Shown here in pieces: positions 1-9,183 of a stretch of 64,000 nt of DNA. Under the pieces are notes generated by a model. It searched no databases and was not told where the DNA came from. It saw only the letters and a program-made list of their open reading frames with translations. Source of the stretch: an uncultured delta proteobacterium (GTDB lineage Bacteria > Desulfobacterota > BSN033 > UBA1163); NCBI GenBank assembly GCA_963708295.1, contig CAVPSJ010000020.1, positions 32,001-96,000 of the forward strand, given 5' to 3'. Made by a program: the position numbers and the translations under genes. Numbering within the stretch: the first letter of the stretch is position 1; each line of letters begins with the position of its first letter.

Positions 1-2811
1 CTCGGAGAAAAAGCCGGGGCCAGGATCGATGAGATTCTAAAAAACTACACCGAATTCCAGGTGAAGACCATCGACAGCTTCATGACCTCCATTTACAAGG
101 CCTCCGCCGTAGATTTGGGATATAGCCCTGACTTCGAGATCGTCATGACCCCGGAAGGCATCATGGCCTATGCCTTCAATCGATTTCTTCGGGGAGTCCG
201 AGAAAAGACTCCGGAGGCTGAATTTCTCGAAAGACTCCTGGGAATCATCGTTGAGAACAGGGGAGGGGAGTCTGCCTACCTCTGGGATCCCTCCGAGGAT
301 TTTCTTGAAGAAACCGTGGAGCTTTACCGTCAGCTCTCGGGGATCGTCAAAGAGGCAAAGATCTTTGACGCAGAGAAAGAGATCGAATCCATCAAGCGAG
401 AGATTCAGAAGGCGGCGGAGAGGCTGAACGGTTTGATCGAAGCATCGGGTCTCACCAAAAGCAAGGGAAGTTCATTTTACAGAATTTTGGAGGCGGTCAG
501 AAACAATCATTTTCCTGACCTCGTCGACAAAGGTCTTTCGAATGTTCCCGTCGTCAAACCCAAGAAGGAAGGGGAGATCACCGGGTACGAGAAAATATCC
601 GAAGCGTGGAGCCTCCTCGGCAATCAGATCAGGGAATATGTCGAATTCTATGCGGCGACCTATTACGTTCCCTATCTGAGGACCTATGAGGCCTTCAAGG
701 ATATCCTTGAAGATGTCAAAAAGAGAGAAGGGACGATCTTCATTCATGACATCAACAAAAAGCTTTCGGACTATCTCCGCCGTGAAATTGTGCCCGATGT
801 CTACTTTCGGATCGGAGAGACGGTCTATCACTACCTGATCGATGAATTCCAGGACACCTCTCCCATGCAGTGGGCCAACCTGTTTCCCCTCATCGAAAAC
901 TCCCTTTCCCAGGGAGGAAGTCTCTTTGCCGTCGGTGACACCAAGCAGGCGATCTATGGCTTCAGAAACGCAGATTACAGGATCATGAAGGGGCTTGAAT
1001 CCAAAAATCCTTTTTCCTCCGCCCTGCACAGCGTCCAAGAGCTGGAGATCAATTACCGCAGCCGCGAGGGGATTGTCGATTTCGGCAGGGCCTTCTTCAA
1101 GCAGGTGATCGCTCACCATGACAAATACAGGGAGCCTGCGAGCAGGAGCGGGCTCATCGATTATGAACAAAAAGTGAAGGAAGACCGCAGGGGATCGGGA
1201 TTTGCGGAAGTGATCCTCTGCGAGAAGCTGGAGGACGAACCTGCTGAAAGAAAGAAGATCCAGGATTTAATCAAAGAGATCATCGGGAGGGGGTACCTTT
1301 ACTCGGACATTGCGATCCTGGCCTATCGAAACGAAGATGTGGTGAATATTACCACGTGGCTCAATGAGATCAACGTGCCTTTCATCTCCTACAGCAGCCT
1401 TGACATGAGAACAAGGAAACTCACTGCAGAGATCGTTGCCCTGCTCTCCTTTCTCGATTCTCCGCCCGATGATCTTTCCTTCGCGGGGTTTGTCCTGGGA
1501 GAAATCTTCAGGAAAGCCCTGGAAAGAGACGAAAAGACCTTCAAATTGGAAACGTTGCATGCGTTTTTCTTCAGGAACCGGAAGAAATCCCCCCTCTATA
1601 AAGCCTTTCAGGAGGAATTTCCTGATCTCTGGGAGATTTATTTTGAAGATCTCTTCAAGTCGACGGGTTATCTCCCTCTCTATGACCTGGTGAACATGAT
1701 TTATTGCAGGTACAAGGTGTTCGATACTTTCGGGGAAGAGGAGGCCACCCTCATCAAGATCCTGGAGGTCATAAAAAATTTTGAGGGAGAAGGCAGAAAC
1801 AATCCCGGCGATTTCCTCAGAGGCGCCATGGACGAAGAGGAAGGCGAGCCGGATTGGACCATCGATGTCCCTGCGGGAATCCCCGCCGTGAAGGTGATGA
1901 CCATCCACAAGGCAAAGGGATTGGGGTTCCCGGTAGTCCTCCTTCTGCTTTATGAGGAAGCAACGCGGGGTTTCAAGTACATTCTTGATGACAAGACGGA
2001 TGGAGTCCATTTGCTCAAGATCAACCAGCAGATCATGAGAGCCAGCGATTTTCTGCAAGAGAGATATGAAGAAGAAAGGCTCAAGGATCTGGTAAACAAG
2101 CTCAATACCCTTTATGTGGGTTTTACGCGGGCCGAAGAAGAGCTTTATATCATCGGAGTCCAGGGGAAGAGAGTGCAATTCCCAATGGATCTCCTGAAGG
2201 AGATGGATTCTCAAACCGGAAAGAAGCGCCCTCCTGAATCCCGCTCTCCTGGAACGACCCAAGAAAAAATGGGGATCCTTCATCCCCCTGACCCGATCCG
2301 ATTCCCCTTTGCAGGCGTTGAGGAGCTCAACCTGGAGGAAAGGATGAGAGGGGAGCTTGTTCACAGGGTCCTCTCTTTGGTCGACGGCTTGGATGAAAAC
2401 ACCGCATCGGACCTCGAGCGGATCATCCGGCGGGCGAATAACGAATTAAAGACCGACTTCCCCCAGGAAGCCATGAAGAAGAGTCTCCTGGAATTTCTGA
2501 ACCATAAAGAAGTAAGCCCTTATTTCCAGGCCGTTCCAGGGAGGGCCATCAAAAAGGAGCAGGAATTTTCAGATTCCCGGGGAAATCTCTTCAGAATGGA
2601 CAGGGTGATCTTCGAAGAAGACCAGATTTCCGTCATGGATTATAAGACAGGGACCGACAGAAAAGCAGAGAAGGAGCATATCTCCCAGCTCAAGAATTAT
2701 ATCCGGATCTTAAAAGAGATTTATCCGGATAAGAAGGTCGAGGGTGTCATTGCTTACGTGGATCTGAAAGAGATGGAAAGGTCGAAAGGAAAAGCTTTGG
2801 TTCGTAGTTGA
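1..2811 (+). CDS. addA: AddA/RecB-like UvrD helicase-nuclease (5' end outside window)
   Basis: SF1 motifs TIDSF, YLIDEFQDTS, VGDTKQAIYGFR, NYRS, MTIHKAKGL, LYVGFTRA; C-terminal PD-(D/E)xK nuclease (RMDR..MDYKTG); adjacent addB-like gene. Confidence 0.85.
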   Translation, partial: LGEKAGARIDEILKNYTEFQVKTIDSFMTSIYKASAVDLGYSPDFEIVMTPEGIMAYAFNRFLRGVREKTPEAEFLERLLGIIVENRGGESAYLWDPSEDFLEETVELYRQLSGIVKEAKIFDAEKEIESIKREIQKAAERLNGLIEASGLTKSKGSSFYRILEAVRNNHFPDLVDKGLSNVPVVKPKKEGEITGYEKISEAWSLLGNQIREYVEFYAATYYVPYLRTYEAFKDILEDVKKREGTIFIHDINKKLSDYLRREIVPDVYFRIGETVYHYLIDEFQDTSPMQWANLFPLIENSLSQGGSLFAVGDTKQAIYGFRNADYRIMKGLESKNPFSSALHSVQELEINYRSREGIVDFGRAFFKQVIAHHDKYREPASRSGLIDYEQKVKEDRRGSGFAEVILCEKLEDEPAERKKIQDLIKEIIGRGYLYSDIAILAYRNEDVVNITTWLNEINVPFISYSSLDMRTRKLTAEIVALLSFLDSPPDDLSFAGFVLGEIFRKALERDEKTFKLETLHAFFFRNRKKSPLYKAFQEEFPDLWEIYFEDLFKSTGYLPLYDLVNMIYCRYKVFDTFGEEEATLIKILEVIKNFEGEGRNNPGDFLRGAMDEEEGEPDWTIDVPAGIPAVKVMTIHKAKGLGFPVVLLLLYEEATRGFKYILDDKTDGVHLLKINQQIMRASDFLQERYEEERLKDLVNKLNTLYVGFTRAEEELYIIGVQGKRVQFPMDLLKEMDSQTGKKRPPESRSPGTTQEKMGILHPPDPIRFPFAGVEELNLEERMRGELVHRVLSLVDGLDENTASDLERIIRRANNELKTDFPQEAMKKSLLEFLNHKEVSPYFQAVPGRAIKKEQEFSDSRGNLFRMDRVIFEEDQISVMDYKTGTDRKAEKEHISQLKNYIRILKEIYPDKKVEGVIAYVDLKEMERSKGKALVRS

Positions 2812-2825
2812 GGAGCTGCGATCCA

Positions 2826-2950
2826 TCCCCCTCCCAACCTCCCCCTTGAAGGGGGAGGGATAAAAAAATTCCCGTTGAAGAGGAGGAGTCAAGAAGTCGC
2901 CCCGACTGTTCCCTCCCCTTCAAGGGGAGGGTGAGGGTGGGGATGGGGGG
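2826..2950. repeat. REP-like palindromic repeat, family A (CCCTCCCCCTTGAAGGGGGAGG hairpins)
   Basis: Inverted pair of CCTCCCC-TT(G/C)AA-GGGGAGG hairpins; related copies near 32.1, 37.05, 38.8, 41.1, 45.9 and 47.9 kb. Confidence 0.8.
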
Positions 2951-2968
2951 TGTAAAGTAGGGAATCAA

Positions 2969-5791
2969 ATGAACGTCCTTTTGGTTTCTTCATCGGAGAA
3001 TCTGATTGAAAAAGTAGCGGACCATCTCGTCGGCATGGGGAGGGACTATTCTTCGAACCTCGTGATCTTTCCGGGCAAGAGACCCTCTTATTTTCTCAGG
3101 AAAGTTCTGGCGGATCGTGAGAAGTCGAGTTTCATCCCGCCTCTGATTCTCTCCATGGATGAGTTCATTGAACATGTCCATGACGAATCCCTGGGGCTTG
3201 AGGGGAGGAAACTCGAAGCCATCGATGCGGTTTCGATCCTTTACAACATTCATGCCGCCTCGCCCGAACATCTGGGAAGGAGGAGTTTTCTCAGTCCCGA
3301 CACGTTCTTTCCGGTCGGGATGAAACTGTACAAAGACCTGGAAGAGCTTACGATTGAAGGGATATCCCCGAAGAAGGTCAGAGAGGTCGACAGCATCGCC
3401 GGGGAGAACATCCCTCAGGCGACGGCGAGGAGACTTCAATCGCTCTCGTATTTCTACGAAGCGTTCTACCAACGGATGGAGGAAGGGCATTTTTCCACGA
3501 GGTCTTCGAGATACCGGGCGGTTTCGGAGAAGATCGACCGTTTAAATCTGGCTCGTTTTCAGAAAGTGATCGCCGCAGGTTTCTTTGCCCTGACCGAGTC
3601 GGAGAAAAATATCTTTAAATCCCTGATGAAAAGGGAAAACAGCCTCTTCCTTTTTCAGGAGGGAGAGGGGATGAAGAAGAAGCTGTCCGGCCTGGGGATA
3701 CCGATCCAAAAGGAATTCCAGCCCGCCGAGCCTGAGATCCATTGCTATAAGAGTCCGGATTCCCATGGCCAGGTCCTCGGTGTAAGCACCCTCTTGAAGG
3801 ACAGGATCGACCAGAAAGAACGGATGGGCGAAAACATGGTCATCGTTCTTCCCTCTTCGGAAGCCTTGATTCCCCTTTTCCACCAGGCCCTGAGTCGCCT
3901 CGAGCCGGACAACTACAATGTCTCGCTCGGTTACCCTCTTCAGAGAACCCCGCTCTTCGGTTTTTTCAATAATCTCATGGAGGTGGTTTCTACCATGGAT
4001 GGGGATCGTCTCTATGTCCCCTATTACCTGGAGTTCGTTCTTCATCCTTATACGAAGAATATCTATTTTCAGGGGAAGGGAGAGATCACCCGGATTCTTT
4101 TCCATACCGTCGAGGAGACCCTGACCGCGAAGCGAACCAGGAAGTTTTTGTCCCTGGAAGAACTGGAGAACGATGAGGCCATCCTCCATGCCATCCAGGA
4201 TAAACTATTGAAGGCTGATCCGGGGATAACCCTGGAGGGGATGAGAGACCATCTCGGGACGATCCATGGGCATACCCTCCGGAAGATGCTCTCTTTTGAA
4301 AACGTAGGGGACTTTGCAGGGAAACTGAAAGAGGTGATCGAATACATTTATCAAAACAGCACGGCCCGTCTCCATCCCTTTTTCTATCCCTATTCGGACT
4401 CCTTCCTCACCCACCTGGACATCCTCTCGAAGTCCATGATGAAGGAGATCCAGTTTCACGAGGTCACAAGCTATTTCAACCTCTTTAAGAAATATATCAT
4501 GACTTCCTATACTCCTTTCGCCGGAACACCTCTGAGAGGAGTCCAGGTCCTTGGGTTCCTGGAAACGAGGAATCTAAAATTTGAGAAGGTCTTCTTTCTC
4601 GACGCGAATGAGGGCATCCTCCCGGATACGACGAGAGAGGATTCTTTCTTGCCGTTCAAAGCCAGACAGATCTTGGGGCTTCCCACCTATCTCGACAGGG
4701 AAGAGATGATGTTCTACACCTTCGATACGCTGATCCGGGGAGCCAAGGAGTCCCATCTTTTTTACGTCGAAAATGATGAGAAAGAGAAGAGCAGGTTTGT
4801 CGAGAGGCTCCTCTGGGAGAGGCAGAAAAGAGAGGGTAAAAGGGATGACAAGGGCTATGTGAAGACCATCCAGTACGCCGTCAACCTGAGAGAGGAGAAC
4901 CCGCGTCCCGTTCCTAAATCGGCGGAGATGGTCCGGTTCTTAAAGGAGTATTCCTTCAGCGCCAGCTCTTTAAATATCTACCTCTCCTGTCCCCTCCGGT
5001 TCTATTACGAATATGCTCTGGGGCTGAGGGAGAGGGAGATCCTCTCGGACGAGTTTGAGAAAGAAGAAATCGGATCGTTTGTTCACCTCGTCCTTTTCGA
5101 TTACTTGAAGAGAAAGGCAGGATCGGTTCTGACTGAAAGGGAGATGAATCTCAAGGAATTCGAAAAAGTCTTCGCTGAGAATTTCGAGGAGCAATACGGA
5201 AAAGACCCTACGGGTGAGAGCTATCTCCTCAGGAACCAGGTGGAAAGGCATTTGAAAGATTTCATCAGGAATTACCAGGTGCCGAGGATCAAGGAGTTTC
5301 GGACAAAAATCCTGGGTCTTGAGCAGCGGGTGGACGTGAAGATGGATTCCTTCAAGCTCGGGGCGCGGCTCGACCGGGTCGAGAAGAGGGGGGAGAGGAC
5401 CGCCATCATCGATTACAAGACATCCGCGAATAAGAATTATCTTACCATCCGTTATCAAAAGCTCGACCTGAAGAGCAGGGATTCCTGGGGCGAAGCCATC
5501 GGAACGCTTCAGCTCCCGTTCTATCTCCTCACTTATTCTCACTTAACGGGAGAAAAGCCGGAGGCCATCGATTGTATGTTCTTACTCCTCGGGAGGACGA
5601 GGATCGGCCCTGACATCGAAGTCCCCCTCTTCAGGGACGAAGCCGAGTTCAGGGAGAATTATGGAAATCTGACGGAGGTGATTTTCAGTCTCCTGAGAGA
5701 AATCGTGAACCCGGGTCAACCCTTCATGCCTACCGTTGACCCAAAGAAAAACTGCGGGAAGTGTCCGTATGGTTATATTTGCACAAATTAG
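2969..5791 (+). CDS. addB: AddB-like PD-(D/E)xK nuclease subunit with Fe-S staple
   Basis: Inactivated helicase N-terminus; nuclease RLDRVE..IIDYKT; Cys staple YLSCP...CGKCPYGYIC. Confidence 0.8.
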   Translation: MNVLLVSSSENLIEKVADHLVGMGRDYSSNLVIFPGKRPSYFLRKVLADREKSSFIPPLILSMDEFIEHVHDESLGLEGRKLEAIDAVSILYNIHAASPEHLGRRSFLSPDTFFPVGMKLYKDLEELTIEGISPKKVREVDSIAGENIPQATARRLQSLSYFYEAFYQRMEEGHFSTRSSRYRAVSEKIDRLNLARFQKVIAAGFFALTESEKNIFKSLMKRENSLFLFQEGEGMKKKLSGLGIPIQKEFQPAEPEIHCYKSPDSHGQVLGVSTLLKDRIDQKERMGENMVIVLPSSEALIPLFHQALSRLEPDNYNVSLGYPLQRTPLFGFFNNLMEVVSTMDGDRLYVPYYLEFVLHPYTKNIYFQGKGEITRILFHTVEETLTAKRTRKFLSLEELENDEAILHAIQDKLLKADPGITLEGMRDHLGTIHGHTLRKMLSFENVGDFAGKLKEVIEYIYQNSTARLHPFFYPYSDSFLTHLDILSKSMMKEIQFHEVTSYFNLFKKYIMTSYTPFAGTPLRGVQVLGFLETRNLKFEKVFFLDANEGILPDTTREDSFLPFKARQILGLPTYLDREEMMFYTFDTLIRGAKESHLFYVENDEKEKSRFVERLLWERQKREGKRDDKGYVKTIQYAVNLREENPRPVPKSAEMVRFLKEYSFSASSLNIYLSCPLRFYYEYALGLREREILSDEFEKEEIGSFVHLVLFDYLKRKAGSVLTEREMNLKEFEKVFAENFEEQYGKDPTGESYLLRNQVERHLKDFIRNYQVPRIKEFRTKILGLEQRVDVKMDSFKLGARLDRVEKRGERTAIIDYKTSANKNYLTIRYQKLDLKSRDSWGEAIGTLQLPFYLLTYSHLTGEKPEAIDCMFLLLGRTRIGPDIEVPLFRDEAEFRENYGNLTEVIFSLLREIVNPGQPFMPTVDPKKNCGKCPYGYICTN

Positions 5792-5940
5792 CAGGTTGCT
5801 GAAAAATGGCCACCTGCTGCGTTTCCCTCTTCCTTCGTCGTTGCGGCGTACCGCCAAGTACGCCTCACTTCTCAGGATTTCGGGGGCCTTGCATCTGGCC
5901 CTTTTTGAGCAACCTGGAAAAGATGACTTTTTCAGGACCT
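5789..5940. mobile_element. MITE-like repeat, family B
   Basis: CAGGTTGCTGAAAAA...TTTTTGAGCAACCTG inverted ends; homologous copies at 16.26, 39.71 and 61.83 kb. Confidence 0.75.
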
Positions 5941-5961
5941 TTCGATGAAAGCGAGGACAAT

Positions 5962-7507
5962 ATGAACGGCGCGGAAAGCTTGATCCGGACCCTCATCGCC
6001 TCCGGGGTGGAGGTTTGCTTCGCCAATGCGGGGACCTCTGAGATCCACTTTGTCCTTGCCCTTGACAAGATCGAGGGCATGCGATGCATCCTCGGAATGG
6101 CTGAGACCGTGGTCACCGGCTGCGCCGACGGCTATGCGAGAATGGCGGAAAGACCGGCCATGACGCTGCTTCACTGCGGACCCGGCTTTGCCAACGGCAT
6201 TGCCAACCTGCACAATGCGCGCAGGGCGAATACACCCATCGTGAACATCGTCGGCGACCAAGCTTCTTACCATCGGCCTTTCGACCCACCGTTGGCTGCG
6301 GATACCGAGGGGCTGGCTCGCGCGGTTTCCCACTGGGTTCGAACGAGCGGTTCCGCAAAGGAGGCGTCCCTGGATGGCGCAGAGGCCGTACAGGCCGCGC
6401 GAACCCCTCCGGGGCAGATTGCCACGCTGATCGTGCCGGCCGATGTTGCCTGGGGTGAGGGAGGCGTTCCGGCAGCGCCCCTGCCGGTGACGCCACGCCA
6501 GCCGGTGGCGCCGGAGGCTGTCCGGAAGGCGGCGCGGATTCTCCGTGCCGGTGAGCAAGTCCTGCTGCTCCTGAGCGGGCCGGCCCTGACCGAGAGCCGG
6601 TCTCTATGCCGCCTATCGGATTGCCCACGCGTCCGGTGCAAGGCTTCGGACGCCGATGCAGGTGCCGCGCATGGCCCGCGGCCGGGGCAGGGTGCCGGTA
6701 GAGCGGGTGCCGTACGTGGTCGACACGGCCCTCCGTGCGTTATCAGGGCTCAAACACGTCATCCTCGTCGGCGCAAAGCCTCCAGCCGGGTTCTTCGCCT
6801 ATCCGGGGAAACCGAGCCTGATGACTCCTGAGGACTGCACGATGACGGTGCTTGCGCGGCCGGAGCAGGATGGAACGGCCGCCCTCCAGGCACTTGCGGA
6901 TGAGATCGGCGCGCCTCGTGTCGTGCGGATTGAAGAGACGGGCCCGAAGCCGCATCTTGTCAGCGGTCCCTTCGAGTCGGAGGCCTTCGGGCTGACCCTG
7001 GCCACACTCCTGCCCGAGAACGCGATTGTCGTCGATGACTCGGTCACTTCGGGTAGATCGGTCTTTCCGGCCACGTTCAACGCGGCGCCCCATGATTGGT
7101 TCCAGGGGACCGGCGGCGCGATCGGCCACGGCTTTCCGTGCGCTACGGGCGCTGCCGTGGCCTGCCCGGACCGCAAGGTCGTGTGCCTTCAGGCCGACGG
7201 GGCTGGCATGTATTCGCTGCAAGCGCTGTGGACCCAGGCGCGCGAAAAGCTTGACGTCGTGAACATCGTCTTTGCCAACCGCGTGTACAAAATTCTTTAC
7301 GGGGAACTGCGGTCCACGGGCGCGGAGCCCGGGCGCGCGTCCGACACCCTCTTCGACCTCGGGCATCCTGACCTCGACTGGGTCGGTTTGGCCAAGAGTG
7401 TGGGGGTGGAAGCAGTCAGCGTAGAGACACTGGAGGGGTTTGCCGATACATTCCGCGCCGCCTGCGGCCGCCGGGGACCGTTTCTGATTGAATTCCGGAT
7501 TCTCTAG
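5962..7507 (+). CDS. Acetolactate synthase large subunit-like TPP enzyme (frameshift near 6595)
   Basis: MNGAESLIRTL..CFANAGTSE N-domain and ADGAGMY...N TPP motif in two overlapping frames. Confidence 0.85.
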
Positions 7508-7544
7508 GGCTGCGGTAAACCCCGGCTCCCCGTTTCTTCCTTTC

Positions 7545-7574
7545 TTGACAGGATGGACGAATAACTGTCATACT
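7545..7574 (+). promoter_or_regulatory. Putative sigma70 promoter
   Basis: TTGACA-18nt-CATACT with TG extension upstream of the YtfJ-like gene. Confidence 0.4.
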
Positions 7575-7780
7575 GACCTTCGGTGAGAGAGGGAAGCCCA
7601 TATCAGATGGGGAATGCGCCTGCCTGCCGGTAGGCAGGGATTCCGGAATTGAAACGAAGAACACCATGGAAGAGCGCACGGGGCAGAGATGAAGCTCAGA
7701 GTGGATGTGGATCGGGTGGGTTGAGCGGAGCAGACTTCAACCCGAGAGCACGTTCTTGTGAACCATTCAGGAGGGGAGTC

Positions 7781-8311
7781 ATGAAGCATTTCGTCAAAGG
7801 GTTGATCTTTGTTCTGGCCGCCTTTTCGGTTAACCAAGCTGCCCTGGCTGTTGAAATGGGCGAGATTCCTCCGAGGGTAGAATTGAAAGAAAAACTGGGG
7901 GGACGGCTGGATGGAACTCCCTGGAGCAGCGAGGAGTTACGAGGGAAGGTTCATGTCCTTTTTTACGTCGATCCTGACGAAAAAGATACGAACAATGACG
8001 CCAGCGAAGCTCTGGATAAAGAGAAGTTTCCCGGCGATAGGTATCAATCGGTTGGGATCATCAACATGGCAGCGACCTGGCTTCCCAACTTTGCCATTTC
8101 TTCGTCCCTCAAAGATAAACAGAAGCGGTATCCCAGAACCATCTATGTGCGGGATGACAAGAAAGCGTTGGTGAATGCGTGGAAGATTGCCGACAACAGC
8201 AGCAATGTTCTCGCCTTTGACAAACAAGGGAAACTGATCTTTCGAAAAGACGGAAAGCTCAGCGCGGAGGACATCCAGGCACTCATCAAAGCCATCCGGG
8301 ATCATTTGTGA
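7781..8311 (+). CDS. YtfJ-family exported thioredoxin-like protein
   Basis: Signal peptide; PWSSEELRGKVHVLFY, GIINMAATW; RBS GGAGGGG. Confidence 0.75.
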   Translation: MKHFVKGLIFVLAAFSVNQAALAVEMGEIPPRVELKEKLGGRLDGTPWSSEELRGKVHVLFYVDPDEKDTNNDASEALDKEKFPGDRYQSVGIINMAATWLPNFAISSSLKDKQKRYPRTIYVRDDKKALVNAWKIADNSSNVLAFDKQGKLIFRKDGKLSAEDIQALIKAIRDHL

Positions 8312-8367
8312 TCTTTAAAGCATCCCAGGAGAGTGAGGACGAGCAAACGGAAAGGAGATGAGAAGAG

Positions 8368-9141
8368 ATGGAAAGAAAGAAATTCATCTATCTGTTTCTC
8401 TTAGGTGCCTTTTTTCTTGTTTCTTCTTCATGTCACCCCCGGCGTGTTTCAGACATTAAACCGAACATGACCAGAGAGGAAGTGGCCTCCTTATGGGGGA
8501 AAACACCTCTGATCGCCCATAAAACGGCTGACGGGAAGGCCGTCGAGATTTGGGAGTATCATTTTTCAAACTCCGATTCGATCTGTTGGGTCACCTTTTC
8601 TCAAGATAGAGTCACGACGACCCAATGTCGTCCTCAGCGGGTTGGAACGTACTGGAGTTCTTCACAGCCTGGGGAGAGCAAAGTGGAACCTCCTTTAAGT
8701 GAGCGGAGTTTGGTACGGGAGGGTTACTTTGCAGTGGAGCTGGCTGAGGTTCTAAAGATAGGAGAGGTTAAAAACGAGGCGGAGGCGGAGAGCAAGTTGG
8801 CTTCGGCCGGTATTGCGCCCAAGAACGGATGGATTGCAGATTACCCTTTGACACCCAGGATCATCGGGGAGTTGGAAAATGCCGTTGGAGAGGCTGCGGA
8901 TTCGGGCAAAATAACGATGAATCGTGAGGAGGCCGTCAGGGCGTTTCAGGACCTGACCGCAAGCCTCGAGAGTCAGAATGCCGGAGTTGAAACGGCGCCT
9001 GACAGGGAACCCTATCCTGAACCCTATGTTTACCCCAGGTTCCGTTATTACCCCTACTCCTATCCCTATCCATACCCCTACCCATACCCCTTCGGGGGTA
9101 CCTACCGTTTTTACTACCCCCACCGCAGGCATTGGAGGTAG
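8368..9141 (+). CDS. Hypothetical lipoprotein with SmpA/OmlA-like N-domain and Tyr-Pro-rich tail
   Basis: Hydrophobic leader ending SSSC; MTREEVASLWG..WEY; (YP)n C-terminus. Confidence 0.65.
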   Translation: MERKKFIYLFLLGAFFLVSSSCHPRRVSDIKPNMTREEVASLWGKTPLIAHKTADGKAVEIWEYHFSNSDSICWVTFSQDRVTTTQCRPQRVGTYWSSSQPGESKVEPPLSERSLVREGYFAVELAEVLKIGEVKNEAEAESKLASAGIAPKNGWIADYPLTPRIIGELENAVGEAADSGKITMNREEAVRAFQDLTASLESQNAGVETAPDREPYPEPYVYPRFRYYPYSYPYPYPYPYPFGGTYRFYYPHRRHWR

Positions 9142-9183
9142 CAAGGGGCTCTGCTTTTTTGAGCGTCTTCTTGTCAGGAAGGA

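Noticed and set aside
5806-5961. N-terminal extensions of ORFs at 5806, 16377, 41252 and 54496
   Set aside because: Read-through of repeat DNA; better starts with RBS or family-typical N-termini lie downstream
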